Origin: Dehalococcoidia bacterium
GTDB lineage: Bacteria; Chloroflexota; Dehalococcoidia; Plut-88900
Length of the DNA: 64,000 nucleotides
Assembly: GCA_965116945.1 (NCBI GenBank)
Contig: OZ220734.1
Coordinates: 598,610 to 662,609, forward strand
Direction of reading: 5' to 3'
Position numbers and translations under genes: made by a program. Shown here piece by piece: positions 27,048 to 38,218 of this stretch; the stretch's first letter is position 1, and each line of letters begins with the position of its first letter. The notes under the pieces were generated by a model. It saw nothing but the letters and a program-made list of their open reading frames with translations. It was not told where the DNA came from and ran no database searches.

Positions 27048-28208
27048 CTACCCGAGGGCTGGAGCCGGAGAGGGTATGCGGTAGAGTTCCAGGGCGTTTT
27101 CGCCGAGGATTTTGCGCTGGTCTGCTTCGGGGAGGTCTGAGATGTGGGACTTGACCTTGCTGACGGGGTTGGTGTGGCCCTCGGGGTGGGGCCAGTCGGA
27201 GCCCCAGAGAAAGCGGTCGGTCCCGACTATCGGTGCGATGGCGCCCAGAGCCTTCTCCGTAGGCTCGGCGCTTATCCAGCACTGGCGCTTGAAGTACTCG
27301 CTGGGCTTCATTGTGAGGATGGACTCGAAGCCGAAACGGGAGAATTTGAAGTCGAGGAAGTCGAGCCAGTGGGCGATCCAAGTGCACCCTATCTCTACCA
27401 TGGAGATACGCAGGTTGGGGAATTTCTCGAAGACTCCTTCAGTCATCATGTTGGTGAAGGAGAGGAAGGGGTCTCCGAAGACCATGGACTCTACGAAGAA
27501 GTCGGGGCCGAGGCCCGGGTAGTCCGGGTAAAGGTGCTTGCCGATGTAGTCGGGGTTGAAGATGACGTGGAGGGTGACGGGCATGTCCAGGTCCTGGGCG
27601 GCGGCCCAGAATGGGTCGTAGTAGGTGTCGCCGTACTTGATACCGTTCACGGGTGCGGGGCAGATAAATGCACCTTTCATGCCGTCCTTAGCAGCACGGT
27701 TTAGCTCTGAAACCCCTAGCTCGACCTCTCTGACGGAGACGTGGGCCACGGGGTAAAGCTGATCCGGATAGTCCTTACAGAAGTCAACGAGCCAGCGGTT
27801 GTAGGCGCGGCAGTAGGCGTCGGAGATTTCGGCGTCCTGGCACTCGGCTTCCCAGCCCAGGCCGAGGCTGGGGAAAAGGAAGGTCTTATCGACGCCCTCT
27901 TCGGCGAGGTGCTTGATCCTCTCGTTGGGGTAGGCGGCGCCCGGGGCGAGGGAGGCGGCTTCGGCGTAGGGAAGGACGGCATGGCCTTCAATCCAGTCCC
28001 GGTCTTTCTCTACGGCAGCGATTCGGCCTAGGGCGCCACCGCTGTAGCCACTACTCATCTTGCCATCGATGTCCAAGTATTCGAGGCCCTGTTCGTCTAT
28101 GTTGATGCCCATGGCGCGGGAACGGTAGGCGGGGTCAATATAATCTCGCCACATGTTGGCGGGTTCGATGATGTGGCTGTCGGAGTCTACGACTGTTCCT
28201 GGTGACAT
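27048..28208 (-). CDS. Amidohydrolase-2 family metal-dependent hydrolase (ACMSD-like)
   Basis: MSPGTVVDSDSHIIEPANMW... The internal Met carries an AAGGAG RBS. The ORF's R/P-rich N-terminal 59 aa were rejected. Confidence 0.8.
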   Translation of the reverse strand: MSPGTVVDSDSHIIEPANMWRDYIDPAYRSRAMGINIDEQGLEYLDIDGKMSSGYSGGALGRIAAVEKDRDWIEGHAVLPYAEAASLAPGAAYPNERIKHLAEEGVDKTFLFPSLGLGWEAECQDAEISDAYCRAYNRWLVDFCKDYPDQLYPVAHVSVREVELGVSELNRAAKDGMKGAFICPAPVNGIKYGDTYYDPFWAAAQDLDMPVTLHVIFNPDYIGKHLYPDYPGLGPDFFVESMVFGDPFLSFTNMMTEGVFEKFPNLRISMVEIGCTWIAHWLDFLDFKFSRFGFESILTMKPSEYFKRQCWISAEPTEKALGAIAPIVGTDRFLWGSDWPHPEGHTNPVSKVKSHISDLPEADQRKILGENALELYRIPSPAPALG

Positions 28209-28225
28209 AGCAGATACTCCTTCTT

Positions 28226-29389
28226 CTAGCCGATGGCGGGAGCGGGAACGGAAAGGCCGTACATGGCGAGGGCGTTTTCGCCCAGGATTTTGTTCTGGTC
28301 GGCTTGAGAGAGTCCGGCGATATTCTCCTTGACCTTGCGCAGGGGGTCGGTGTGGCCCTCGGGGTGGGGCCAGTCTGAACCCCACATGAAGCGATCGACA
28401 CCGATCATCTCGGCCACGGCCCCGATGCCCTTTTCCACGGGCTCGGCGCTGATCCAGACCTGGCGCCTGAAATACTCGCTAGGCGTCATGGTGAGAGGCA
28501 TGTCGAAACTGAAACGGCCAGTCTTGAAGTCCATCATGTCCAGCCAGTGGAGGAGCCAGGTGCAGCCGATTTCGACCATGCCGAGCTTGAGGCGGGGGAA
28601 TTTTTCGAAGGTGCCGTCGCCCATCATGCAGGTAAAGCTGATGAGGGGGTCGGCGAAGGTCATTACGTTGTTGAAGAACTCGGGGCCGAGGCCGGTCTGG
28701 TCTTCGGGGTAAGATGAGCGGCCGGGGTAGTCGGGGTTAAGAACGACATGGAAGGTTATGGGCATATCGAGGTCCTGGGCGGTGGCCCAGAAGGGGTCGT
28801 AGTATTCGTGGCTGTAGCGGATTCCGTTCATGGGGGCAGGGCAGATGAATGCACCCTTCATGCCGTCCCTGGCAGCCCTTTCCAGCTCTTTCACACCTTC
28901 GTTGACATCCCGGACGGTTATGTGGGCAATGGGGTAAAGGCGGTCCGGGTAGGGTGAACAGAAGTCTACGAGCCAGCGGTTGTAGGCAGTGCAATATGCG
29001 GCGGAGAGGGCAGGGTCTTCGCACTCAGCTTCCCAGCCGAGGCCGAGAGTCGGGAACAGGAAGGTCTTGTCCACACCTTCCTTGTCGAGGTGTTTGATTC
29101 TGGCGTGGGGGTCGACGGAGCCAGGGGCGAAGTTCTTGATCTCGTCGTAGGGTAGGGTGGGATGTTCCATCATCCACTCTCGGGTCTGGTCTATACCTGC
29201 GATCCTACCAAGCGTGCCGCCGTTGTAGCCGATGCTCACCTTGCCATCGATGTCGAGGTATTCCAGGCCGAACTCATTAGTGTTAATGCGAAGGGCACGG
29301 TCCCGGAACTTAGGGTCCATGTACTCCAGCCAGAGATTGGCGGGTTCCATGATGTGGCTGTCGGCGTCGACGACGATGGAACGGGTCAT
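28226..29389 (-). CDS. Amidohydrolase-2 family metal-dependent hydrolase, tandem paralogue
   Basis: MTRSIVVDADSHIMEPANLW...; about 60% identical to the downstream copy. Confidence 0.8.
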   Translation of the reverse strand: MTRSIVVDADSHIMEPANLWLEYMDPKFRDRALRINTNEFGLEYLDIDGKVSIGYNGGTLGRIAGIDQTREWMMEHPTLPYDEIKNFAPGSVDPHARIKHLDKEGVDKTFLFPTLGLGWEAECEDPALSAAYCTAYNRWLVDFCSPYPDRLYPIAHITVRDVNEGVKELERAARDGMKGAFICPAPMNGIRYSHEYYDPFWATAQDLDMPITFHVVLNPDYPGRSSYPEDQTGLGPEFFNNVMTFADPLISFTCMMGDGTFEKFPRLKLGMVEIGCTWLLHWLDMMDFKTGRFSFDMPLTMTPSEYFRRQVWISAEPVEKGIGAVAEMIGVDRFMWGSDWPHPEGHTDPLRKVKENIAGLSQADQNKILGENALAMYGLSVPAPAIG

Positions 29390-29479
29390 GACATTCCTCC
29401 TGAAGAAAGCGGGGCCTCGGGTGAATTTTGAGTATACATTTTGGGGAAATGTCGGGTCAACGCGGGATGGTGGGTCAGA

Positions 29480-29560
29480 CCTACGTCGATACTCGGGCCA
29501 GCGCGGGCCCCCCTCTCATACTTCGAGTGCCTCAGCATGAACGGCCCCACCTCGCGATGG
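29480..29560. repeat. Module-B repeat copy
   Basis: CCCTCTCATACTTCGAGTGCCTCAGCATGAACGGCCCC. Confidence 0.7.
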
Positions 29561-29614
29561 GCAAGTTAAGCAACGTTTCACCTATGGAGAGGGCAGTAGG
29601 AGGGACGAGGTGAG

Positions 29615-30583
29615 TTAGAGTAGGGGGGCGACTTTGTTGGCCATGAGGTCCATCTGGCGCATAAGGGTCTCGTGGGGTTCGACGCCGTGGCGGACAAAGT
29701 CGAAGACGAAGTGGTCGAGGCCGGCGTCGAGGTAGTTGGAGATTCGCTCGGCGCTCTGTTCTGGGGAGCCGGCTACGGTGACGGCGCCAATGTCTACGGC
29801 GTACTCCAGGTCCATCAGGCCGGAGAAGTAATCCTCGATTTCGGAAGTGGACAGGTCTCGGCCTTCGGTGACGTTGGAGTATATCCAGGCGCTGATCCTG
29901 GGCTTCTGGCCCCACTTACCCATCGGAGCATCGTTGATGCGGGGGAGGTAAACGTTCTGCAGTTCGTCGAAGGTGGGCCAGGGAGGGTTGATGTATTCAC
30001 AGTAGCGGGCGGCGCGGGGGATGGATACAGCTCGGCCGCCCCACCAGATGGGTGGATAGGGTTTCTGCACGGGTTTCGGTTCCATGGTGACGCCGTTCAG
30101 CTTGTAGTACTGGCCATCGTAGGTGACTTCGTCCTCTGTCCAGAGCCGGGTGATGATCTCTAGCTGTTCATCGGCGATGGCCCCGCGCTTGCGACGGTCG
30201 GCGCCGACGGCGTGGAAGGCCTCGTCGACCATGCCCAGACACATGCCTACGATTACCCTGCCGTTGGATATGACGTCCAGGCTGGCGAAATACTTGGCCC
30301 AGTCGAAGGGTGGGAGGTAGGGCAGGGGAATGGAGTCGACGGCTATGCGGATTCTGGAGGTGGCAGCGATGATTGCGGGAAGGAGGACTCGGGCGTCCAG
30401 GATGCTCTTATTACCGAAGCGGCCGAAGGGTCCGGCGTCCGGGATGGCATTCATAAGGGGAACGTTGACGGAGTAAAAGCCAAGCTTTTCCGCGTACTGG
30501 GCGGCCTCCACGACTTCGGTCATGGTCGGGGGTTTGCGACCCCAGGGGAAAACGGCGACGCTGAAGTGGTCCATTATGGGCAT
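29615..30583 (-). CDS. LLM-class flavin/F420-dependent oxidoreductase
   Basis: 322 aa with the luciferase-like monooxygenase pattern. Confidence 0.75.
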   Translation of the reverse strand: MPIMDHFSVAVFPWGRKPPTMTEVVEAAQYAEKLGFYSVNVPLMNAIPDAGPFGRFGNKSILDARVLLPAIIAATSRIRIAVDSIPLPYLPPFDWAKYFASLDVISNGRVIVGMCLGMVDEAFHAVGADRRKRGAIADEQLEIITRLWTEDEVTYDGQYYKLNGVTMEPKPVQKPYPPIWWGGRAVSIPRAARYCEYINPPWPTFDELQNVYLPRINDAPMGKWGQKPRISAWIYSNVTEGRDLSTSEIEDYFSGLMDLEYAVDIGAVTVAGSPEQSAERISNYLDAGLDHFVFDFVRHGVEPHETLMRQMDLMANKVAPLL

Positions 30584-30602
30584 GGGGTGTCTCCGGGGAC
30601 GG

Positions 30603-33038
<2,436 letters not shown>

Positions 33039-33139
33039 CCGGTGTTGCGGTCTCCTGTATTGCGCGTCGGGTCCGTGCAATGGGAGAAATTACCACGCAG
33101 GGGGTGGAGGCGCAAGGATGGGGTGACGATTGGACTAGC

Positions 33140-33215
33140 GTGGGCCACCCTCCCGCTCATACTTCGACTACGCTCCCGCCCGAGGCGGATCTGCGACAGC
33201 ATGAGCGGCCCCTCC
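33140..33215. repeat. Module-B repeat copy in the leuS upstream region
   Basis: CCGCTCATACTTCGACTACGCTCCCGCCCGAGGCGGATCTGCGACAGCATGAGCGG (hairpin CCGCTCAT/ATGAGCGG). Confidence 0.7.
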
Positions 33216-33282
33216 GCCAAAGGAGTTCGGGTTATTCAGTTGTGGGGGGAGGGGTTTTGATTGTTCTGTTGGGTTTTGGGGC

Positions 33283-33646
33283 GGCGATGGAAGGTCCGGG
33301 ACTCTATGGGAAGAAATCGGCGGGTCTATGGATATGTGAACGGGCCAGGCGGTCCGCCATAGAGGTTGAACCACCGAAAGAGCGGGCAGAAGCCCGCCAG
33401 AGTCGTCGTAGTAGACGCCAGAGGAATCCGGTTTACGGACGGGATTCCAACAAGGCCGAATGGGGCCTTCAGATGCACCGGCAAGGTCAATGCCGGTGGC
33501 ATAGACGCGGTTCTTGCGGTATCCGCGCAGACGGCATGTCCTTCAGAGAGGATGCGCCGTAGAGAGTGTATGGACCTTCCATCGCCTGGAAGTTAGGGAA
33601 GGGGCACGGGACCCGGTGGGTCGGGTGGGCTTCCCTGGGTTTTTTG
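33283..33646 (+). ncRNA. Candidate structured RNA (or MITE) closed by a 15-bp perfect inverted repeat and ending in an intrinsic terminator
   Basis: GGCGATGGAAGGTCC (33283-33297) is perfectly complementary to GGACCTTCCATCGCC (33572-33586). Internal hairpins include GCGGGCAGAAGCCCGC and CACCGGCAAGGTCAATGCCGGTG. The 3-prime hairpin AGGGAAGG...CTTCCCT plus TTTTTT lies at 33594-33646. Confidence 0.4.
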
Positions 33647-33749
33647 GTTCCTCCTTGAGGTGGGTGTCGGGTCTAGACTGAGGAGGAATATAGCACATGT
33701 GTTTGGGTGGGGTCAAGCGTGCAAAGCAGGGTGCGCTAGCATCTATTCT

Positions 33750-34847
33750 TCAGGATTTTACAGCCCACAAATCGAATTCCTGGAAAGCCTCGGAGCGTAT
33801 ACCGAAATGACTAGCTTGACGCTTTCCAATGGAGGCAGACCCCGCATTGCATCGAGTCTGAATGCGCCAATCCGTATTCGACAGCGAAGCACGCAGGATT
33901 TCAACTGGGTCGGTATTGCGATCAGGTATGCGTCCGAACCGTATCACCATCCGAGCACCGTCTTTACTTACGTTTGCACAATTTTGCCAAACCTGCGAAA
34001 GCTGATTGGCAAAATCCTCGGGACTACTATGGATGAGTTGTTCTTCTTGAGAATAATCTACAGAATCTTCCCCTCCTAGGAACCATAACCTGAGCCATTG
34101 ATCAGGGCGATAGGTCCTAAGGCCATAATATGGAGGAGAAGTAATTACCCAATCAAAACGTTGCCCTTTTAGCCTTGCATTAAACAGGATTGAGTCCCTG
34201 CTATCTCCAAGAATGACACGCGAACAAGGCTGGGGAAGAGGGTCTTGATAGAACCTTGCGGCCCGGCGGGCCACTACTTCTCTAATATCTATTTTCCTCG
34301 GCCTAAGCTCATGCTTACGCCAGAAGGAGACGGCATATCTTGGCTTTGGTGCGTAAGTACGGGGACATTGATTGGAGAAATAAGATGGGCTCCCTTTTGA
34401 AACAGGCCCATGCAGGGCTCCAAGCATAATAGCCCGGAGGGCTATGCGGGAAGTTTCACGACAACTGTGCACTAGTGAGTTGCGTATTTTTATAAGAGAT
34501 AGTAGTGTTGATTCCTCAAAAGCTAGCTTCCAAAACTCCCCGGACGGAATATCTTCAGGGTTGCCCTCTTGTTCAAGAATTTTGTCAAGAGTGCGTAATA
34601 TGGCTTGAGGGTTTGTTGATACGAGCTTGGCCTCCGTTAATGCGGCTGCGAGCGGATGGCTATCTATCCCCACACTTGCTAGACCTTTAAGGCGGGCTGC
34701 CATATTTGTGGTTCCACGCCCACAGAATGGGTCAAGTACAGATACCGTAGTCCTTTGTTCCCTGCTAAGAACTTTCCGCGGAAATGAGAGGGGGAACATC
34801 GTGAAGTAGGGACAGATTGCGTTGAGTGAGTCGGGACTAGTGAGCAT
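33750..34847 (-). CDS. SAM-dependent amino-methyltransferase (N6-adenine / N4-cytosine DNA MTase-like): motif I DPFCGRGTT, motif IV SPPY
   Basis: Start at MLTSPD..., whose ATG overlaps the TAA stop of the upstream ATPase (TAATG). VLDPFCGRGTT, and later VITSPPYYG. Sits in a low-GC island. Confidence 0.7.
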   Translation of the reverse strand: MLTSPDSLNAICPYFTMFPLSFPRKVLSREQRTTVSVLDPFCGRGTTNMAARLKGLASVGIDSHPLAAALTEAKLVSTNPQAILRTLDKILEQEGNPEDIPSGEFWKLAFEESTLLSLIKIRNSLVHSCRETSRIALRAIMLGALHGPVSKGSPSYFSNQCPRTYAPKPRYAVSFWRKHELRPRKIDIREVVARRAARFYQDPLPQPCSRVILGDSRDSILFNARLKGQRFDWVITSPPYYGLRTYRPDQWLRLWFLGGEDSVDYSQEEQLIHSSPEDFANQLSQVWQNCANVSKDGARMVIRFGRIPDRNTDPVEILRASLSNTDWRIQTRCNAGSASIGKRQASHFGIRSEAFQEFDLWAVKS

Positions 34848-36928
34848 TATTTCTGGATTGCTCTTACCCAGGTTGTATTCCTGCCTTCGGGCGTAAAGGG
34901 CTCCCAATGTTCACCTTTCTTGCCTAATAAGCTATTCATAGCCTTCTCAACCAAGAGATAAGCAAACTGCCCTCGATCATCCATATGCTCAGGTAGCATT
35001 TCTAGGAAGAATGCTCTTACCGTTCCCCATGCCACACCATCGTTCTTGATTTTCTTGAACATTTCACTATTGCTGAGGGTTTCAATAACATAGGTCTCCA
35101 GAGATTCTAGTGCATCTACTGATTCAAACTTGGGGCATTCTGTATTCTGATTGCGAGAACTTTGCGCTTTAGATAATGCAGACGTAGCATTCCCGATTAG
35201 CTTTTGGAGTTCCTTTGCATAGGTGGGTATGGAAGGGCGATCGTAATGTCCATCGAGCAACTGGTCATGCAGGTCCTCAAACGATAGAACCCGCAATGGA
35301 ACAGGATATTGCTTGCCTTCTACAGCAGAACTCCAAAAGACCCCTTGACCTCGTATTGTCTCATTCAGCAATGTACTCAAAATATCTTGACCAAAGTGCG
35401 CGTTAGCTGCCTGAACATTCCTCAGGTCTCCGGCGGACAAAAGATGGAACAGAAACCAGTTGTCACCCTGGCTCAGAATTTCAAATGGTATGCTACCTGG
35501 CTGCTGCGTAACTAATACCGCTCCCAGATCATATTTACGACCTTCTTTCACCCATTGGATGTAAGGTTCAGATGTTACGGTTCTTTCATTGAGTACTGCC
35601 TGGGCCTCTTCTATAACAGCAATAGTAGGGATTGTTTTGGGTTGAGCGGCAGTGAACTGCTCTTGGTTTCGGTCAAATATTCGACGTAGGATCAACCCAG
35701 ACAAGACAAGCGCTGGACCAGCAGATATTTGCGAAACGTCCACTACACACAATTTCCCATCTGTTAGGGCTTTCAAAATCATATCCATTAGTTGGCTTGA
35801 TGGATCGTGTAGCATACGTACTATACGGGTCGCATTAGCCCTTGCTGCTAAGGCTTCCATTTCCTGATTTGGCTCCAGTCCAAGCAACGTTTTTATTTGT
35901 TGAATCGAAGCGTTATTTCCTTCGGAGTAAATTAAGTTGACCAACTCTATCCAATTATTTCGTCTGATGCTTCTGAGTTTTTGGACGTTCTGTTGATCTT
36001 GGCGTTCCACCGGAAGCGCTATAGATACAACATCTTCGGGATTCAATCTGCGAATATCTAAACGGATTGCTCCTGCTACGAAGGATTGATAGAACTCACT
36101 GGGAGCGCTTCTGGATGTGAACACAACTAGGTGCTCTTCCATTCCGGGGACGTCACAAAGGCCGGGGCGGCCTTTGTCATCTGGCCAGAAATATTCTCCG
36201 TCTGGATCAAAGAGGATCGTGCCCACTGGTACTCTACGTCCATGTCTTTTCTCTACAGTAGGGGTCCGCTCATATAGCTTGCTGAAAAGGAGTTTATTGA
36301 GGTTGGATTTGCCAAAGCCAGCGCGGGCAAATATAAAACTCCTTCTAGCCACCAAACTATCTACTGCAAAGTTCACCTTGACTTCTTCAGATTGTGGCTG
36401 CATCCATTCCTCTGTTGCCAAAGATGAAGGGCCATAAAAGTACTCGCCTAGGGCAAAGTGACCGATTGTCGCACCTTCCACGTTGTGCCCAACTATTTCC
36501 CTAAGTACATCCCCGGAAAGAAAAGCGACGCGGCTACCCACATGTGGAAGGCGTCGGTGTGACGCTACAAAGTTGAGTTTTCCTTCAGGCGTAGCCCGGA
36601 CAACCCCTAATACCCTGATGTTGACCTGATACCTGAGGTATTGCTCCCTTAGATCCTCAGGGATGGGACGGTCTTCCTGTATGGCCCTTATGTTGAATTC
36701 CTCCCCTGAGCCAGAGGACAGCCTACCTTGTGATGATAGTGAGGCTATCCTGCCCAATACGGCTTCGTCAGGAGTCTCCAACTGTACCAACAGGAACTGA
36801 CCATGCATTGGGATGCTCTGGAAATCCTGTCGATACGGCAAAGCTAAATCAGCGTGGAATTCCATACCGCCTTCACGGAATCCCCGGAACACTCCCACTA
36901 TGTTTTCTTGAGTGAATAACTTAATCAA
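34847..36928 (-). CDS. HerA/FtsK-superfamily ATPase (DUF87-like) with N-terminal HAS-barrel-like domain
   Basis: Walker A ARAGFGKSN, Walker B IAVIEEAQ and LVTQQP motifs. N-terminus IVGVFRGFREGGMEFHADLAL...HGQFLLVQL resembles the HerA HAS-barrel. Confidence 0.65.
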   Translation of the reverse strand: MIKLFTQENIVGVFRGFREGGMEFHADLALPYRQDFQSIPMHGQFLLVQLETPDEAVLGRIASLSSQGRLSSGSGEEFNIRAIQEDRPIPEDLREQYLRYQVNIRVLGVVRATPEGKLNFVASHRRLPHVGSRVAFLSGDVLREIVGHNVEGATIGHFALGEYFYGPSSLATEEWMQPQSEEVKVNFAVDSLVARRSFIFARAGFGKSNLNKLLFSKLYERTPTVEKRHGRRVPVGTILFDPDGEYFWPDDKGRPGLCDVPGMEEHLVVFTSRSAPSEFYQSFVAGAIRLDIRRLNPEDVVSIALPVERQDQQNVQKLRSIRRNNWIELVNLIYSEGNNASIQQIKTLLGLEPNQEMEALAARANATRIVRMLHDPSSQLMDMILKALTDGKLCVVDVSQISAGPALVLSGLILRRIFDRNQEQFTAAQPKTIPTIAVIEEAQAVLNERTVTSEPYIQWVKEGRKYDLGAVLVTQQPGSIPFEILSQGDNWFLFHLLSAGDLRNVQAANAHFGQDILSTLLNETIRGQGVFWSSAVEGKQYPVPLRVLSFEDLHDQLLDGHYDRPSIPTYAKELQKLIGNATSALSKAQSSRNQNTECPKFESVDALESLETYVIETLSNSEMFKKIKNDGVAWGTVRAFFLEMLPEHMDDRGQFAYLLVEKAMNSLLGKKGEHWEPFTPEGRNTTWVRAIQK

Positions 36929-36936
36929 CGCGCCAC

Positions 36937-38157
36937 CTAGTATCTTCGTTGTGCAGGATCAACATCTCTTAGTTGGAACTCGTCAAGGCTAGGCGACTCG
37001 GAGCCCAGCGCCGCACGGAGACCGGAAATAACCTCGTCTTGAATAATATCAAAGTCAAAATCGACCAATGCTGCGTTCTCATGTGCCTTCTGAAGACACA
37101 TAGGATAAAAGGGAACAGGGAAACCATTATTAGCATCAGACAGCAGGCATCCGAGTATCGCTCCCGCTTCCCTTTCTTGCGGGACAAATATATCAACCGG
37201 CCAAACCGGATCGTTGGATCTGCTACCGAACTTTACGAAGAACATTTTACCAGCGACGAATTTGTTTACCTCACCACCTTCCAGTCCTACGTCATCCCCT
37301 CGGGCATATTCAGCCCAAATATAGGCCTTCTTCTCCAAATCTCTTGGTACTAGCGTGTAACAAGGATATCCAGCTGTAAGTATGTGCTCCAAAGACATGG
37401 CCAAACGATAGCGATCCAGAACTTTGGAGTGCTTTGCCAGACCAACCAGATAGATGTTCCTGCGATGCTTTCGCTTGTGTCTCTCAATGGCTTGCTTAAA
37501 TCCGTCGCTCAGGCGTATGAACAAGTCCTCGGCAAAAACCTTGCTCCTCAATAGACCATCACGGACTATGATTGTGTCAGTACCGAATTCCTTCTCAGTT
37601 AGTATTGAGAAGAGCACCGCCCATTCCATGAGCTCACGATAAACTTGAACCCAACTCGGGCTGGAAGGCCTGTCGTCATCATTCCTTCGAATCATGTTGC
37701 TCAGTCGCGTTAGGTCTTGGACATTTAGGAATTCCATCATCTTACCTAGCGCCGTGATTGGAACACCTTTGTCATCAAACTGCATGCGGCTGAGTTCAGT
37801 TACGCTAGTTGTAGGTGATATAGCCTCTAGGCAATACTCGTTGTTGCTGGAATCAACAACACGCACCAATTGCACCAGAAAAGGGTCAAACTGGATTCGA
37901 TTGTTGCCTCCGTCCGTTCCAACTAGAGAAAAGGAGGTGGTCATTCTTGGCTGTACCTGGCGAACTGTGGATTGGAGTGGCTTAATTTCGACCCTGAGGT
38001 CGTCCAATAGGCTCATGTCCTGCCTAATCCGATTCTCGATCTCGCCCTTCAATATGTCGTAGCTCTGTAAATCTATCATTACATCCTCTAGTCGACTTAG
38101 TGAAGCCCACAGTGACGCGGGTTCGATATATCCTACCACTTGCCGATCTGAGATCAT
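36937..38157 (-). CDS. NurA-like nuclease (RNase-H-fold, HerA partner); start uncertain (M at 38157 or 38079)
   Basis: SLVGTDGGNNRIQFDP (NurA motif-I-like D) and a C-terminal GFPVPFYPMCLQKAHENAAL (NurA-like Y...AH). The ORF's first 117 aa overlap leuC on the opposite strand and were rejected. GAGGA RBS lies before the 38079 ATG. Confidence 0.55.
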   Translation of the reverse strand: MISDRQVVGYIEPASLWASLSRLEDVMIDLQSYDILKGEIENRIRQDMSLLDDLRVEIKPLQSTVRQVQPRMTTSFSLVGTDGGNNRIQFDPFLVQLVRVVDSSNNEYCLEAISPTTSVTELSRMQFDDKGVPITALGKMMEFLNVQDLTRLSNMIRRNDDDRPSSPSWVQVYRELMEWAVLFSILTEKEFGTDTIIVRDGLLRSKVFAEDLFIRLSDGFKQAIERHKRKHRRNIYLVGLAKHSKVLDRYRLAMSLEHILTAGYPCYTLVPRDLEKKAYIWAEYARGDDVGLEGGEVNKFVAGKMFFVKFGSRSNDPVWPVDIFVPQEREAGAILGCLLSDANNGFPVPFYPMCLQKAHENAALVDFDFDIIQDEVISGLRAALGSESPSLDEFQLRDVDPAQRRY

Positions 38158-38218
38158 GTATAGGTAGTTGGGGTGGGGGTTGGTGCCTTTGCTATAATCG
38201 GCGCTATCCAATTCGTTT

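Noticed and set aside
33080-33300. A T-box-like leader for leuS on the minus strand (AGGGTGGCCCACGC resembles the T-box GGGUGGNACCGCG, followed by a possible stem and a U-rich tract before the start).
   Set aside because: The match to the T-box consensus is weak. The segment largely consists of a module-B repeat that recurs at unrelated loci. No convincing specifier loop or antiterminator could be drawn by eye. Left as a possibility under the 33283-33646 finding.
33283-33460. Possible RNase P RNA: GGAAGGTCCGGGACTCTATGGGAAG resembles the P4/P5 consensus GGAAAGUCCGGGCUCCAUAGGGCA, and AGGAATCCGGTTTACGG resembles ACAGAAnCCGGCUUA.
   Set aside because: The GGAAGGTCC segment is part of a 15-bp terminal stem pairing with 33572-33586, not an internal P4 helix. 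The spacing between the two motifs (about 150 nt) is far shorter than in type A or B RNase P RNAs. P1-P3 equivalents are absent.
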